This document shows positions 38,716 to 52,219 of a DNA stretch of 64,000 nucleotides, piece after piece (position 1 is the stretch's first letter; every line of letters begins with the position of its first letter). The stretch covers positions 19,344,001-19,408,000 of the forward strand of contig NC_043001.1 of NCBI RefSeq assembly GCF_006345805.1. The letters are read 5' to 3'. The DNA is from Octopus sinensis (Eukaryota). Made by a program: the position numbers and the translations under genes. The notes under the pieces were generated by a model. That model made no database searches. It was not told the origin of the DNA and worked only from the letters and a program-made list of their open reading frames with translations.

Positions 38716-40726
38716 AGGCCATTATTCCATGCTTATCACAGGCTGAGATGGATAGTTGAGACATAATTTTATGGCCAGATGCTCTTCCTGTCACCAACCC
38801 TTGTTTTTCAAGTAAGGATTGACAACATCATCACCATTTCACTCATGTAGTGACAAGCATGGAATATGCTTATTGACGCTCACATCATAAACACATACTT
38901 TTACATATGACAGATTTCCAATGGTTTGCATCAGGCACATGCCATCAGTAATTACTCAGGGTGGGCAGTTGGTAACCTTTATGTAGTAAAACACAGGTAC
39001 ACGACTGAGTTGTAGGCAGATTTACATCCGCCTTCATAGCACATAAAGAAATTGTTGTAGGAATGTACATGGCACGTGTACTACAGCAGTATTATGCCTA
39101 GCTTAGATACTTAGATCGAAAAGCAGGGATGAATTATGCCTACCTAATCTACTAAAAAAATATTTTGTATTTTATGCATAGTAATCAGAGTAACCTTCAT
39201 AATTTTATTGAATTAAGTGCATATTTTGCCATAAAATGAAAATGTTGCTATCGATTTTATTCAAGGTAGGCACTACCTACCTTGCCTACCTAAACAGCAC
39301 CCCCCACACTCATGTTTTCAAATTCACAATAAGTACACACACACACAAACTTAAAATAAAGGCACTTTCAGTTTATTATATAATTGAATCATCACAAATT
39401 TTTCTCAAAAGTCAGTCTATATATGTGTGTGTGTGTGTGTATATATGTGGTTGTCGTTAGGAAGGGCATCCAGCTGTAGAAACACTGCCAGATCAGACTG
39501 GAGCCCTGGTGCAGCCTCCTGGCTTCCCAGACCCCGGTCAAACCCATGCTAGCCTGGAAAACGGACGTTAAACGATGATGATATATATATATATATATAT
39601 ACATAGGCATGACAGTGTGATTTTTAAGTTTGGTTCTCAACCATGCAGTTCCAGTATAGTTCCACTATGTGACACTTTGAATACATGCCTTCTATAGCTC
39701 AAGTTTGAACAAAGCCTTGATGGAAAATGAAAGAAGCTGAGTGCCACTGTTATACAAGTGGTGTCGTTCAACATCTAGTCATGGAGGAAATATTATCTTG
39801 CTTGGTAACCAATGAGGCATCTGGAAGGACATTATCAAGCCATGGAAAATCTTCTCTGACAAATCTTCTCTTATGCCAACTTTAGTGTAACTGCCTTTTT
39901 TATCTTATTATAAATATAGATATATAATATATAATATATACTTAAAAGGTCGTTGATTATGGCTAGTCAGAGAGTGACCATTAGTTTCACACCTATAAAG
40001 TTCTTAGCGGTATAGGTAACTCATCAGACTTAGGCACATAATCTCTCTACAATTGGGGGTAGGAAAAAGTCTTGGTCAGCTAGGGTTGTAAACATTATAC
40101 CAAGACAGTTGCCACCTGCAAATATGACTTGTTAAGTGTACCATGCTTTTGCTAATTGTTTTAGACCCTCATGTGGTCACAATCAAACAGACATTCTCCT
40201 TTTCATCTTTGATCCAGCGGGGACATCCAGGAGGCTGCACTTGGCTGTTACTCATTTCACCTAGATTAGAATGAAGTACTTTGCTCAAGGACTCAACACG
40301 CCCGCTGGAATTTGGAATCAACCTTAACCACAAGATCATACACCTTGTATGTGTGTGTGTGTGTATGTGTACATTGGAAACCCTTTTAGAATGATTATTT
40401 TAGTACGAAGGCTTCTTGAAAACAATAACATTTCTCCGATTATAATAAGTGGCTACACATAAAAATCTTCTGGTAGGTAACAGTAAATTCAGCTAAAATT
40501 TTCATACAACTTTTGGTGATTTCGTGGTGGGCAACGTTTTCAATTTCGTTTTGCAACTTTCACGTACGTGTTTTTCATGGTGGGTTCCGGTGGTTTATAG
40601 ATAATTCTGTTTTTGAGACTGGTGTCGTTAAGGTTCCAAGAGCTCCAGACACAAGGAATCGATGAAGCTGAAAAGAAAGCTCAACGGACGACATGGCAGC
40701 AAACAAGCAACGTTAAGATAACATTT

Positions 40727-41221
40727 GGATCTTTTCGGTTTGAACGGCAGTTTTTAAAAATAATTTCCACGTAACTAAACACTTTTAAACTTCGTATACT
40801 GGTAGAATGTGTTTACAAAACATCTTTTTCTCTTGGCTTTATTGAGAAAATTCTATGGATTGTAAGATATTTGTTGTTGTTTTTCTTCACTTTCTACAAT
40901 TTCAACCAATCAATGACGTCTAATTGAGGTGAAAACATTCTGCGCCGTATGAATATGTCCCTCGTTTAAGAAACAGATTGGGTTTATTTACATTTCTGAA
41001 GAAAAAAGATACCCTTCCCCCACCCCTAACCGTAACTAACCCTAACCTTAAAACAGATTGAAATGCAATAGATCGATACTAGGGTCATAGTTATGGGTGA
41101 CAATTTCATATCCCTAACTAACTCTAAAACAGATTGAAATGCAATACTAGGGTCATAATTATGGGTGACAATTTCATATGACACCGCTAGAAAAAAACTG
41201 CCGTTCAAACCGAAAAGATCC
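40727..41221. mobile_element. GG-ended MITE with 29-bp TIRs and 8-bp TSD (Merlin-like), copy 1
   Basis: TIR ggatcttttcggtttgaacggcagttttt. Flanks taacattt / taatattt (7/8). Internal duplication of about 60 bp. Confidence 0.85.
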
Positions 41222-42726
41222 TAATATTTACGGAAATAGTAATATTTCTTGAGAAATAAACTCAACGAAAAAGTTTTACAATTTATACAGTTGTTACTAA
41301 ACTTCTGCCTGTCAATTACATTTTAGTCCTTTTTTTTTTAATAATCATTACTGAGTATACAAATGTTATCTTTATAATATTTACGGTTTTACTACAGAAT
41401 TACTCCCCTATTGAATAAATTAAATCGGGATTGAAATCTCATCCGAAGTCAATAAAATAAGCAGCTGAGCTCTCTCGAAACACCAAATTATTTGCATTTC
41501 AATTACGAGAATTGATCAAATGCTTTTGTTGTCCTGTTATAGTCTACACAGTCCTACTCGCACATGGGGAAAGATCCTTTTCAAGACACATGGCGATTAT
41601 CCCTTCTTCCCACACCGTCGAAATCGTCTAAAAAGGCAAGGCCGATTACAAAGTCACCGCAACTAAAAATAAAAGTTGGTGAAAGAATACCTTCACATCT
41701 CAACAAAGTTTATATAGTAATACTGTTTGGTGGAATTGTTATCAATTAGTAAATGTGACGAATGTAGAAGTTTGTTGTCCATTTCATAACCCATTTTTTC
41801 ATAGTTCCTGCAGTTTTACAATGCACGTCAATACATTATATAATGAATACACATCCATCGCTAAGAACTTTAGATTTTGTTACTTCGAAAGACGATGTGC
41901 AGTGCAACGGTTAAATAAACACCTTGAATAAATGCCAGTTTGAAAATGTGTTGCTAGCTTTTTCAACGATCAGTTTAAGTGCACAATTCGATATTTTATC
42001 TCCAATACGGATAGATTATCGATTATTGTGATGCCGACGATCGATTTTTCCTCTTGGAGATATCGGTCTTATGTAATGTTACAAATATACCTCTAATTAT
42101 TATTGAACTGACTTGAGATTAAATTAACGGAAAGCCAGTCTCTAAGAGAAGACAAATACTTCCAACATGTCTGGCCGCAGATTAACCGGGTTGAGCAGCT
42201 CTTATTGTCATCGAACTGTCCTTTTCTGGGGTTTTTTTTTACCAGGTATAATGTGTCTGGGAGTACATTAGTCAATGTATCCCTTCTTTTTAAAAGGTTA
42301 GGGTATAATGAAGGAGATTTGATTACTACTTCTAGCTGGTTGAAGGAGAGCGTGGAGTTTGCCTTGGGTTCAGGATTTAAAGGTATTTAAAAGGTGAAAC
42401 AAAACAACGAAAAAAAAAACAGAAAACGAAAAAGAAAAATTAATATCTGAATCAGTGGCTTGTATCGATATATCCTAATAAATTAGTAAATCTAATAAAG
42501 ATCGATGTATTTTAATAGTATTTTAGCTTGTTTGAAAAAAAAGTCCAACGCAGTAATCGACCATATTGTCCAAAGACTTCATAATTTCAACAGAGACAAA
42601 TGCAATGTTATTCCTACGACACATTCTTCGAAAAGACCGATCTCTTTATTTGTTTGTTGTCTTGTTTAGCCTCCACCACCAGCATGCAGGTGCCAACCGT
42701 GACCATACCGTCGTCTTTTTATGTCA

Positions 42727-43118
42727 TCTTTATATATAAAAGAGTTGTGTCTGTCTCCTACGATTTAGATTCCTAACTACTCCCACATTTTGCGATGCAG
42801 TTTAACCAAAACCGGGTATCTTATAGTCGTGATTCATATCGAACCCTTCTGGGTATTAGCACACGTCTACGTTGAGTCTACGATTTAAAAAAAATTTACC
42901 ATCATTTTTTTTCCATTTTAATGCATTTTTTCGCTATTATATAAGGGAAGTAACTCTCTAAAAATGTCTACGATGAATCAACGATTTAAAAAAAAAATTA
43001 CTATCATTTGTTTTCCATTTTTGATGCATTTTTTGCTATTTTTTGGCTATAACTCTCTAAAAATGCTTATATAGTTATTTCCCTTACAAACCCGAGCAAC
43101 GCCGGGCGATACTGCTAG
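42727..43118 (+). mobile_element. Non-autonomous Helitron
   Basis: A|TC 5' end at 42726/42727, 3' hairpin, CTAG|T at 43115-43119, no TSD; internal duplication. Confidence 0.82.
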
Positions 43119-43650
43119 TCTTTATATATAAAAGACAATTTAAACACGGACTAATTTCAAACAAGGGGGTTTGACAGCCATGCTGGGTCTCCATCACATT
43201 TTTTAAAACCATTACACATAATAATAAAGCAAGCGTATGTTTGAGAAAATGAGATTTCTGTTAATATTTACAACACGACACGAATTCCAAGTCTTAGTAA
43301 AATGATTCCACCCGATTGTTTGTTTACTACGATCACAGACAAAACAAGACTGAATCGATAGGGAACTTCGTGTCGAAGGGATCGATACCGAATTATTCTG
43401 TGCCTGAAGTTCAGACCAGATCAAAACACGGAGTTTACATGTCTAGTTTAATTGGGTTTACATATGTTGTCTCTAGTTTTCTTTTACACATCTACACAGT
43501 TGGGAAATCGTGTTTACACATCAAATACTTTCGTGTAGATCTCATTAACAGATACATTGTTGTATTGCCCCATTTATATTTACACATCTCTGGTGTGTCT
43601 GTCGCCCCATTTATATATAATTCGTGTGGCCCCCATCTTCATATTAAACA

Positions 43651-43975
43651 TGAAAGGCAAAGCCGAGGTCGACTTTTTTGCCTTTCATCCTTTCGGGGGT
43701 CGATAAATAAAGTACCAGTTTCGCACTGGGGTCGACGTAATCGCTTTGTCTTTCCTTATTTGTCCCCTCTGTGTTTGGCCCTTTGTGGGTAGTAAAGAAA
43801 TAGGTATGAGTTCTGAGTTCAAATTCCGCCGAGGGCGACTTTGCCTTTCATCTTTCGTAGTCGATAAATAAAGTACCAGTTTCGCACTGGGGGTCGATGT
43901 AATCGACTTAATCCCTCTGCCTGTCCTTGTTTGTTGCCCCCTCTGTGTTTGGCCCCTTGTGGGTAGTAAAGAAAC
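43651..43975 (+). mobile_element. SINE family A tandem dimer of two 5'-truncated copies
   Basis: Junction gaaataggtat near 43797-43807. Confidence 0.8.
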
Positions 43976-44096
43976 ATATTAAACATCAAGTAATATTCAG
44001 TAAACAATGTTCATATTGGTAAAAGTGATGAATAGAATTTACCAGAAAAGTTCACAAGAAGATAATACAATAACAATAGAGACAGGATCTACTCAC

Positions 44097-44228
44097 TTCT
44101 GTTCCCAGTTCATTGACCTGGGATGCCCCTGCACTGGGCGCATCTTCAGCCTTCGTATTTTCCATACAAAACTTGAGCAAGTCCTTCATGTTGGACGGAA
44201 TTCTATCTTCTCTCTGATCACCAGGCAT
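44097..44228 (-). CDS. HSPBP1: HSPBP1 coding exon 1 (MPGDQREDRIPSNMKDLLKFCMENTKAEDAPSAGASQVNELGTE), 44 aa
   Basis: ATG at 44228 in a CpG-rich region. PSNMKDLLKF resembles the Fes1/HSPBP1 N-terminal PRNLQGLLQ motif. Donor GAA|GTGAGT at 44096, phase 0. Confidence 0.9.
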
Positions 44229-44420
44229 CGTCGGCGCTAAGTATATATGAACGAATCCTTCTGTGGGAAAGGTTTGAACACTAAACGTAGTAGTCGGCAA
44301 CTGACCGAGTAGGAGGGAGAAGTCACACTCGAGTGGCGAGAGAGAGAGAGAGAAAGAGAGAAGGCCGAGTAGAGAGAGAAAGAGAGAAGGCCGAGTAGAG
44401 AGAAGGTTCCCACTTAACAA
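44229..44420 (-). promoter_or_regulatory. Probable HSPBP1 5' UTR / core promoter region
   Basis: CpG-retaining, pyrimidine-rich on the minus strand, directly upstream of the ATG. Contains a 26-bp direct duplication (ctactcggccttctctctttctctct x2). TSS cannot be placed from sequence. Confidence 0.5.
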
Positions 44421-45514
44421 TCCTTATAATAAACAGTGTGGAAGGAGGAGGCGCCCACTCAGGTAGCAGTAAGAGTAGTGATTTCTATAACCTCGCTTTA
44501 CTACTATACTATAGTAATGTTGTAGTAAAGTCACACACGCGATTCTACGCTTCTCCCTCCTTTCTCTGCTTTCTTCTCTCAATCTTCTCTCTCCAGACAC
44601 CTTTGTTTTCCAGTGTTACAAGTAGATTCGGCTGTCAACAATATTTGTTGGATACTTCCGCTTAAACTATAGCAGTAGGAGTTGTAATAGTAACATTGGT
44701 GGTATAGGACATATATATATATTAGTAGTATTAGTATTGATGGTAGTGGTGTTAGTAGTAAGACGACGAGGAGGAGGAGGAGGAGGACTTGTAATAATGA
44801 TATTGTTTACGGTGTTAATAATAGTATCGGGGTTAGTAATATTATTGACGGTGTTAGACGTAAGCCGAAGAGGGAGGAGGAGGAGGATTAACACAATAGC
44901 GTTCCTGGTGTTAATAGTATTAGTTAGTGTTAGTAATATTAATGGTGGCGGTGTGAGTAAGACGAAGGGGAGTAATAAGTAAGATTGGAGGTGTTGGTGG
45001 TGGTTGGTGGAATTAATAGTAGTATTAGGATTAGTAATAATGTGATGATGTTAGTAGTAGTAGTAAGTAGTATGCCGAGAAATCGATAGACTGTCAGAAA
45101 TATCGAGAACTTTCTCGAATATGTGACGCCGCTTTTACCGCGGGAGGAAGGGTGAGAGATGAAAAACTGAAGGGGAGAAGACAGTGAAGGAGAAGGTGTA
45201 AAGAAAGTACGAGAGGAGTAAAAGATGGCGAAGGAGAAGGTTTAAAGAATAAAGAAAGTATCAGAGGGGGAGAAGACGGTGAATGAAAGGGGATGAGTGG
45301 AATCGGTGGAGAGCATAATGATGTAGTTTCTTGGTTCGTGAGAAAGGAGGAGCTATAGCGAAGTGGTGATGCAATCGTAAAAATAGAATACATATTGGTC
45401 GAAGAATAATAAATATCAAGCCAGTTTGCGGCGTTGAAATAGCAAGTGAGAGATGATTTGAGTGGGATGATAGAGTACAAATAGGGATAAACAAGTCGCT
45501 TCGGCTCGAACCAT

Positions 45515-45589
<75 letters not shown>

Positions 45590-46469
45590 ACAAAGCCAAA
45601 CATAGGCTCATAGATACATATATAGGTTTAAAACCAAACATAGGCATAAAACAAAACGAAACGTGCCGTGAATAAATATATTTAAGGACTTGAGAGAGAG
45701 TGAAAGAAAGAAGATATTTAAGAAGACTCGAAATACTTCAAATGCTAAAAATATCTTTATAACGACTGTAGAACATGCAAAGCAAATAGCCATAGACCAA
45801 CAAAATGGATAATTCCTAAAGTACCAATCAGAAAAAGTGGGAGAAATATGTTGAAGCAAAACGTAGCTTTTGACCAACATCGTTTCAAGAGTAAATGAAA
45901 GATACTTATGAAGCTTTTGGTTAATTTAAACACTATATTGGTTTTCTTTTATAGATATTCTTTGTTTTATTGTTATTGTTCTAAGACAGATTTAAAATTC
46001 CTTATCACTTATATAACATTTATTTCAGAGACATGTTGACTAAAGAATAAAATAGTGACATAGAAATGATTGTTAATTAAGAATTACATATCATGTCGAG
46101 ATCTTAGTTTTGTAGTGGATCACTAGAATATGATGGAGTGTGATTTGAAGGAGACTTGGCTGCTATTTCTAGTCATGATGGTTGAACTCACACAACCACC
46201 TTTTGATCCCCTTGTTGCCAATAGCGTGTCTTGTCCTTCGATGGACAGAAATATAGCTGAATATTTAAGAAGTTCACTTCGCAACCATGGCGCCCGGTGT
46301 GGGAGAGGGAATCTCACTGCGCGGCATCTTGGGCAAGTTTTTCTTTATCATGGCCACGGGTCACCCCAAGCCTTGTTACTAAAACTGACTAGATGGAAAC
46401 CGTTGAATCCCATCGAATGAGCTAATTTCAATTCAAAAAGCTAGTTTTATCACACTGAACGTAACCCCA

Positions 46470-46885
46470 AGGAGGCGAACTGGCAGAAACGTTAGCACGC
46501 CGGGCGAACTGCTTAGAGGTATTTCGTCCGCCACTGCGTTCTGAGTTCAAATTCCGCCGAGGTCGACTTTGCCTTTCATCCTTTCGGGGTCGATTAAATA
46601 AGTACCAGTTACGCACTGGGGTCGATATAATCGACTTAATCCGTTTGTCTGTCTTTGTTTGTCCCCTCTGTGTTTAGCCCCTTGTGGGTAGTAAAGAAAT
46701 AGGTATTTCGTCCGCCACTACGTTCTGAGTTCAAATTCCGCCGAGGTCGACTTTGCCTTTCATCCTTTCGGGGTCGATTAACTAAGTACCAGTTACGTAC
46801 CGGGGTCGATATAATCGACTTAATCCGTTTGTCTGTCCTTGTTTGTCCTCTCTGTGTTTAGCCCCTTGTGGGTAGTAAAGAAATA
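46470..46885 (+). mobile_element. SINE family A dimer (full copy plus truncated copy)
   Basis: Junction gaaataggtatttcgtcc near 46697-46714. Confidence 0.88.
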
Positions 46886-48158
46886 TGATTCTGTTTTAGG
46901 ACTACGTTAAGGATACTACTGTCTATTTTAAGGAACACTCAACTACCTACGCTGATTCAATGACTTGTTAGTTCATTCGACCGAACAATTGGAATATTTT
47001 TAGTCGGAAACTGCGGAGAACCATTTCTTTTCGGCCTTCCACATATTAACCACCCACACGTTCTGGTACTCTAAATCTATTTCGGAAACATCAATAGCTT
47101 TATTTCCGTGTCTTCTACAATGGTAATATGATATATTCAGCCCTTCAAGTGTTTCCACTCGTCTTATCTGGTATTTTGCTTTTACCATATTCGGCTCTTA
47201 TCAAATAGATGTATATTTCAAAGCATTCCAACCGTGACAAATCCTAGTTATCGTTTCTTTTTTAAGACTGTAAGCCATAGTTACAGAGAAATTTTACCGT
47301 CATTTTTTCTTAGAAAACACCTTTAATTAAAAAGATTACGACATTGCTGGTAGCAACTGAGGAGTGGTGACGATATATTTTGTAATTGCTGCTTTTTAGA
47401 CTTTGATCAGCCGTAATCAAGCACACCTGTGTCAAAGGTATTCCAGCCAAGATCATCTTGTCTTTTTTTTTTATCGATTCGTCCTCTAAGACGGCAAGTT
47501 TATGATATAAGGAAGACTTGGCTGCTATTTCTAGCAGGTCGAATGAGCGGTTGGTGCTTAATCCCCGGTCAGCTCTGATTAAACAGACATGCTGAAGACA
47601 TTCTAGCCGTGTCCATTTCACCTTTTATCCAGACGTATTGTATCTATGGCTACAGTATCTAATATGTCATCCTATCGGCGTGTAATTTGAAAGAGATTTG
47701 GCTGTTGTTACTAGCAGATCGAGCGGTCACGTAGAGGTTCTCTTGTGAAGTCGAGAGTGGTGAGATTCATATAACTTATGATCAGCTTGTTCATTTATTT
47801 AATCGTCAAGGGATTTACGGTGGGATGTTATTCTGTGGAGGATAGAGCAGACATTGTAAACTAGTGTATGGCCTAAAGGACAAGACAGTATGGATGACGA
47901 AGAGGGATAAAACGGTTGTTTTGGTCCAAAACTATTTACCATCATCACCATCGTAGTTAACATCATCATGACAACAACAACGATAATCTCAAAAACAGAT
48001 TCTGTTAATCGTTCACTTAAATAAATTATAAAATAAAACTCCTGAGCCCTTAGCACTTTATTGATGCAATTTTTGAAACCCTAGTTGACATGTTTTGCTT
48101 ATGGATTAACTATTAACGACCAAATCCATCCACTCCAATTGGATAACCCGTGTGGTAT

Positions 48159-48375
48159 TTACTCTCTTACTTGTTTCAGTCATTTGACTGTGGCCATGCT
48201 GGAGCACCGCCTTTAGTCGAGCAAATCGAGCCCTGAACTTATTCTTTGTAAGCCTAGTACTTATTCTATCGATCTCTTTTGTTGAACCGCTAAGTTACGG
48301 GGGACGTAAACGCACCAACATCGGTTATCAAGCGATGTTGGCAGGACAAACACAGACACACAAACATATACACAC

Positions 48376-48438
<63 letters not shown>

Positions 48439-48604
48439 TACGACGGGCTTCTTTCAGTTTCCGTCTACCAAATCCACTCACAAGGCTTTGGTCGGCCCGA
48501 GGCTATAGTAGAAAACACTTGCCGAAGGTGCCACGCAGTGGGACTGAACCCAGAACCATATGGTTGGTAAACAAGCTACTTACCACACAGCCACTCCTGT
48601 GCCT
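48159..48604 (-). mobile_element. SINE family B, full length with internal (TA)n
   Basis: Reverse complement of the 27451 family; CpGs retained. Confidence 0.9.
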
Positions 48605-48655
48605 ATGTATTGTTTATTTCATGTATTTCATGTATTGTTTATTTCAAAATCTATA

Positions 48656-48887
48656 TGTTTCTTTACTGCCCACAAGGGGCTAAACATAGAGGGGACAAAC
48701 AAGGACAGACAAACGAATTAAGTCGATTACATCGACCCCAGTGCGTAACTGGTACTTAATTTATCGACCCCGAAAGGATGAAAGGCAAAGTCGACCTCGG
48801 CGGAATTTGAACTCAGAACATAACGACAGACGAAATACGGCTACGCATTTCGCCCGGCGTGCTAACAGTTCTGCCAGCTCGCCGCCT
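48656..48887 (-). mobile_element. SINE family A with 18-bp TSD
   Basis: TSD tttatttcaaaatctata at 48638-48655 and 48888-48905. Confidence 0.9.
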
Positions 48888-48909
48888 TTTATTTCAAAAT
48901 CTATAGCGA

Positions 48910-51360
48910 CCCTGTCGTCGTCGTCGTATTCATCGTCGTTGTCGTCGTCGTCCTTTAGCTCCAAGTCAGCCCTGATCAAGCGGACTTATCAATGACGTTT
49001 CAATCATGTCGATCTCATAGGTCAGGTCATACGTAAGGGTATGCGCATTGCAGCACGTTGCTGCATTCACCATTTGTTGGTATATTCCCGGGTCGTCTCG
49101 GATGACTCGTCGAGCAGAGTCCCAGTTAGCCCCCATCTTCACGAGATACCTCTTCATCTGCCGTGACCATGTGGCATGTGGTCGACCAACACGAGCCGTC
49201 AACCCAGCCTGATCCTCAGTGAAGAGAACAAAGTAGGCAGGGTTTAACTCGGAACACATAGCCAAAATTGATCAACATGGCCAAACAGTCTGAGCTGACT
49301 CTCCCGAATCATACACATAACAGGGCGCCCTCTCAGTTTCTGAGTAGAGCCATTGGTTGGACAAGAAATCAGGCCAATGGTAACCCATAATCCTGCGAAA
49401 TGTTCTGGTATCAAAGGAGTTCAGGCAGTTCCCAAGGATAGTGTTCAAGTCTCGCAAGTATAGAACAGGACAGGAAAGGCCAGAGATCTAAAGACCCGAA
49501 CCTTAGTCCTTCTGCACCGATACTAGCAGTGCCAAACACCCTTATCCAATGAGTTCACAATTGTGCCAGCATGTCCAAGTCTTTTTAAGACTTCAGACTC
49601 ATAGCTAATGCTACTATGGATCACACTGCTGAGATAAGTAAAACAGTCAATAACTTCGACAGTCTCACCAGTAACAGAGACAGACGAGGTGGGGTCGTCC
49701 AAAAAGCCAGTGAATGACTGCATCTTTGTCTTGACACAAAAGACTCTAAGGCCAAGTGGTTCCGCTTCCTCCCTCAGTGAAAGGAGAGTGGTCTTTAAAA
49801 TATTCAGGCACTCAGCAAGAATAACTGCATCGTTTGTAAAATCTACGTCCTAGTTTCCCCAATGAGTGTACCACAACTCAATTGAGCCGCCATTCAGCCA
49901 AGTATCCAATCTATGCAAGCATTGTACAGAGTGGGAGTCAAGACACAACACTGACAGAGCCCAGATCTAACTGGGGAAACAGCCAGATGTTGAGCCACCA
50001 ATCTGAACTGCACTTACTGTTTCCGTGTACAATGCAGTCATCATCCCAATCAGTTGAGGAGGTATACCCATTTCTTTACTGCCCACAAGGGGTTACACAG
50101 AGGAGACAAACAAGGACAGACAAACGGATTAAGTCGATTATATCGACCCCAGTGCGTAACTGGTACTTATTTAATCGACCCCGAAAGGATGAAAGGCAAA
50201 GTTGACCTCGGCGGAATTTGAACTCAGAACGTAGCGGCAGACGAAATACCGCTAAGCATTTCGGCCGGCGTGCTAACGATTCTGCCAGTTCGCCGCCTTG
50301 CAGCTCTAGAATCCTGTCAAGCGGTATGATGCCGCTGTCCAGATTGAACGGATGATCTGTAGCAGACCCACCTTTCTTGATAATCTCCCCCGTAAATGTC
50401 ACAAACTTCGGTTGCCTTCCCGCCCTTCAGCTGATTTACCACCGTACGAACCTCGTCTTCGCATGGCAGATCACAGCTGACTGTCTGGTCGGTCACCAGC
50501 CCTGAATGCATCGTGGTATTCAGATCAGCACTAGGTGAGTCCACGTTATACAACTTCTCAAAGTACGATACCCAGCGAACCATCTATTTGGACTCCTCCG
50601 TTAGAGGTGCGCCATCAGAGTCCAAGACTCCAGGACACCGAAGGGGAAGGGTTCACTCCACTGAGCATAGCGATTCCTCTGTAGGCAGTACGTGAGTGGG
50701 ACAAGTTGAAGCCGACATTTGACCGCCTCACATATTTCTCGAACTTACATTTCCTTGTCGGACCTCAGTGCTCTGACAACCCATATCAGTCCCCGAAACA
50801 CCAGGGGTTCCACCCAGTCTCGCCTTGCAGCTACGCTATACCAATGCGAGGGTCTTCCAGGAAGGGAAACGTTTCTTGACCCAATTTCGGAAACCAATAT
50901 ATTCCCTAGCAGTCGATAGTAGGTTGTCCCCTATAAGTTTCCCACATTCACACAGGATCAAACGAGGAGTCAGTCCCAGTAACACAGATCCAAGTTCTAA
51001 CACTGTTGTCTGTGAGTTTTATCCAGTCTGAGACTGGTCGCCTTCATCTTCTTAGACTTCAGTCGCAATTTCAATTCATCCACAACAAGTCTGTGGTCGG
51101 TGCCTATGAAACCAGCATTCTGAAAAGCCCTACAATTCTATAAGGTTCTCCAGCAGCCATTTACAAGTACGTGCTTGATCTCATTTGGCACTGGACCAGT
51201 ATTGGAATACCAAATCTAGCGATGCAGCTCAAGGCGTTGGTACCTGGAGCCAGCAATGCGACGCCCATGGCTTTTGACCAAGTCCAGGATCATCACACCA
51301 CTTTCGTTCCTAGCACTGGATTCCAAAGAGCCGACAACGCTCTCGTATCTCGTTCTTTCA
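48910..51360 (-). mobile_element. Decayed, internally deleted RTE-clade LINE
   Basis: Endonuclease C-terminus WYSNTG...GTDHRLVV near 51070-51210. Linker RWVSYFEKLYN...EVRTVVNQLKGGKA. Post-RT CFTYLSSVIHSS and FDTRTFRRIMGYHWPDFLSN. (GAC/GAT)n tail at 48912-48952. Many stops and frameshifts. Confidence 0.85.
50070..50299 (-). mobile_element. SINE family A inside the RTE LINE
   Basis: Near-consensus copy between two LINE segments. Confidence 0.9.
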
Positions 51361-52219
51361 ATTCCAAAAATGCATATGAAAAACAGGAACCAAAAAAAAA
51401 AAGTTTAAGCTTTAAGACCAAGAGGGTAAATTCCGAGATTTCTGATCTAGGTGAAGATCATAAATTTAGTGGGAGGGAACATGTCCATTAGATTAACTCC
51501 AGTACTTGGATAGTATTTATCAACCCCGGAAAGATGAAAGGCATAGTCGACTTCGGCAGGTTTTATAGTAGAAGATACTTGCCTAAAGTGCAGTGCAATG
51601 AGACTGAACCCGAAACCACATCGTTGCAAAGCGAACTCCTTAACCACCCAAACACAAGCACGAATGAACAGTTTGAAAGCATTGACTTGGTGGCTCTATC
51701 TGGATAACATCCTGCCATTGATATCAACAAGTCTGGTAACTAATATGGAGTATTCAAGCAACAAACAGTTTCAAGTTTCACTTTGACGTGTCGACTGTTT
51801 GCATTAAAATAAAATGGCTTTCTTTTTTTATTACGCTAAATACTGTTCAATACATCCTGTTCACACTTACGTTATACAGATTCTGTCTATATAAATAGAT
51901 TCAAAAGAGGCTCTGATTGAAATAAATTGCAACTAAATTGAGTTCTTTGGTTACTAATTGATATCCGTCGCTAAGCAAAAATGGTTTTCTTGCATTTGTG
52001 ATTATTCATTGATTTGATGGAAAAATATAATTAGATGTATTTAAATAGATAATTCTCATCTTTCAAATTTTAGCAGCATTTATCTCGCCTACAGTCAATC
52101 CACTGATACGTATCCGTCCCAACGTCCACCCACAGATACGGTATTCGGTTCGTCAAGGCAAAAGATACTGTCGACCTTTGCCGTTGAGGCTCAAGGGTCG
52201 GCTCTTTGGAACGTTATTC

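Noticed and set aside
44667-44982. Low-complexity ORFs upstream of HSPBP1
   Set aside because: They derive from trinucleotide-like AGT/GGT/GGA runs, with no recognisable domain.
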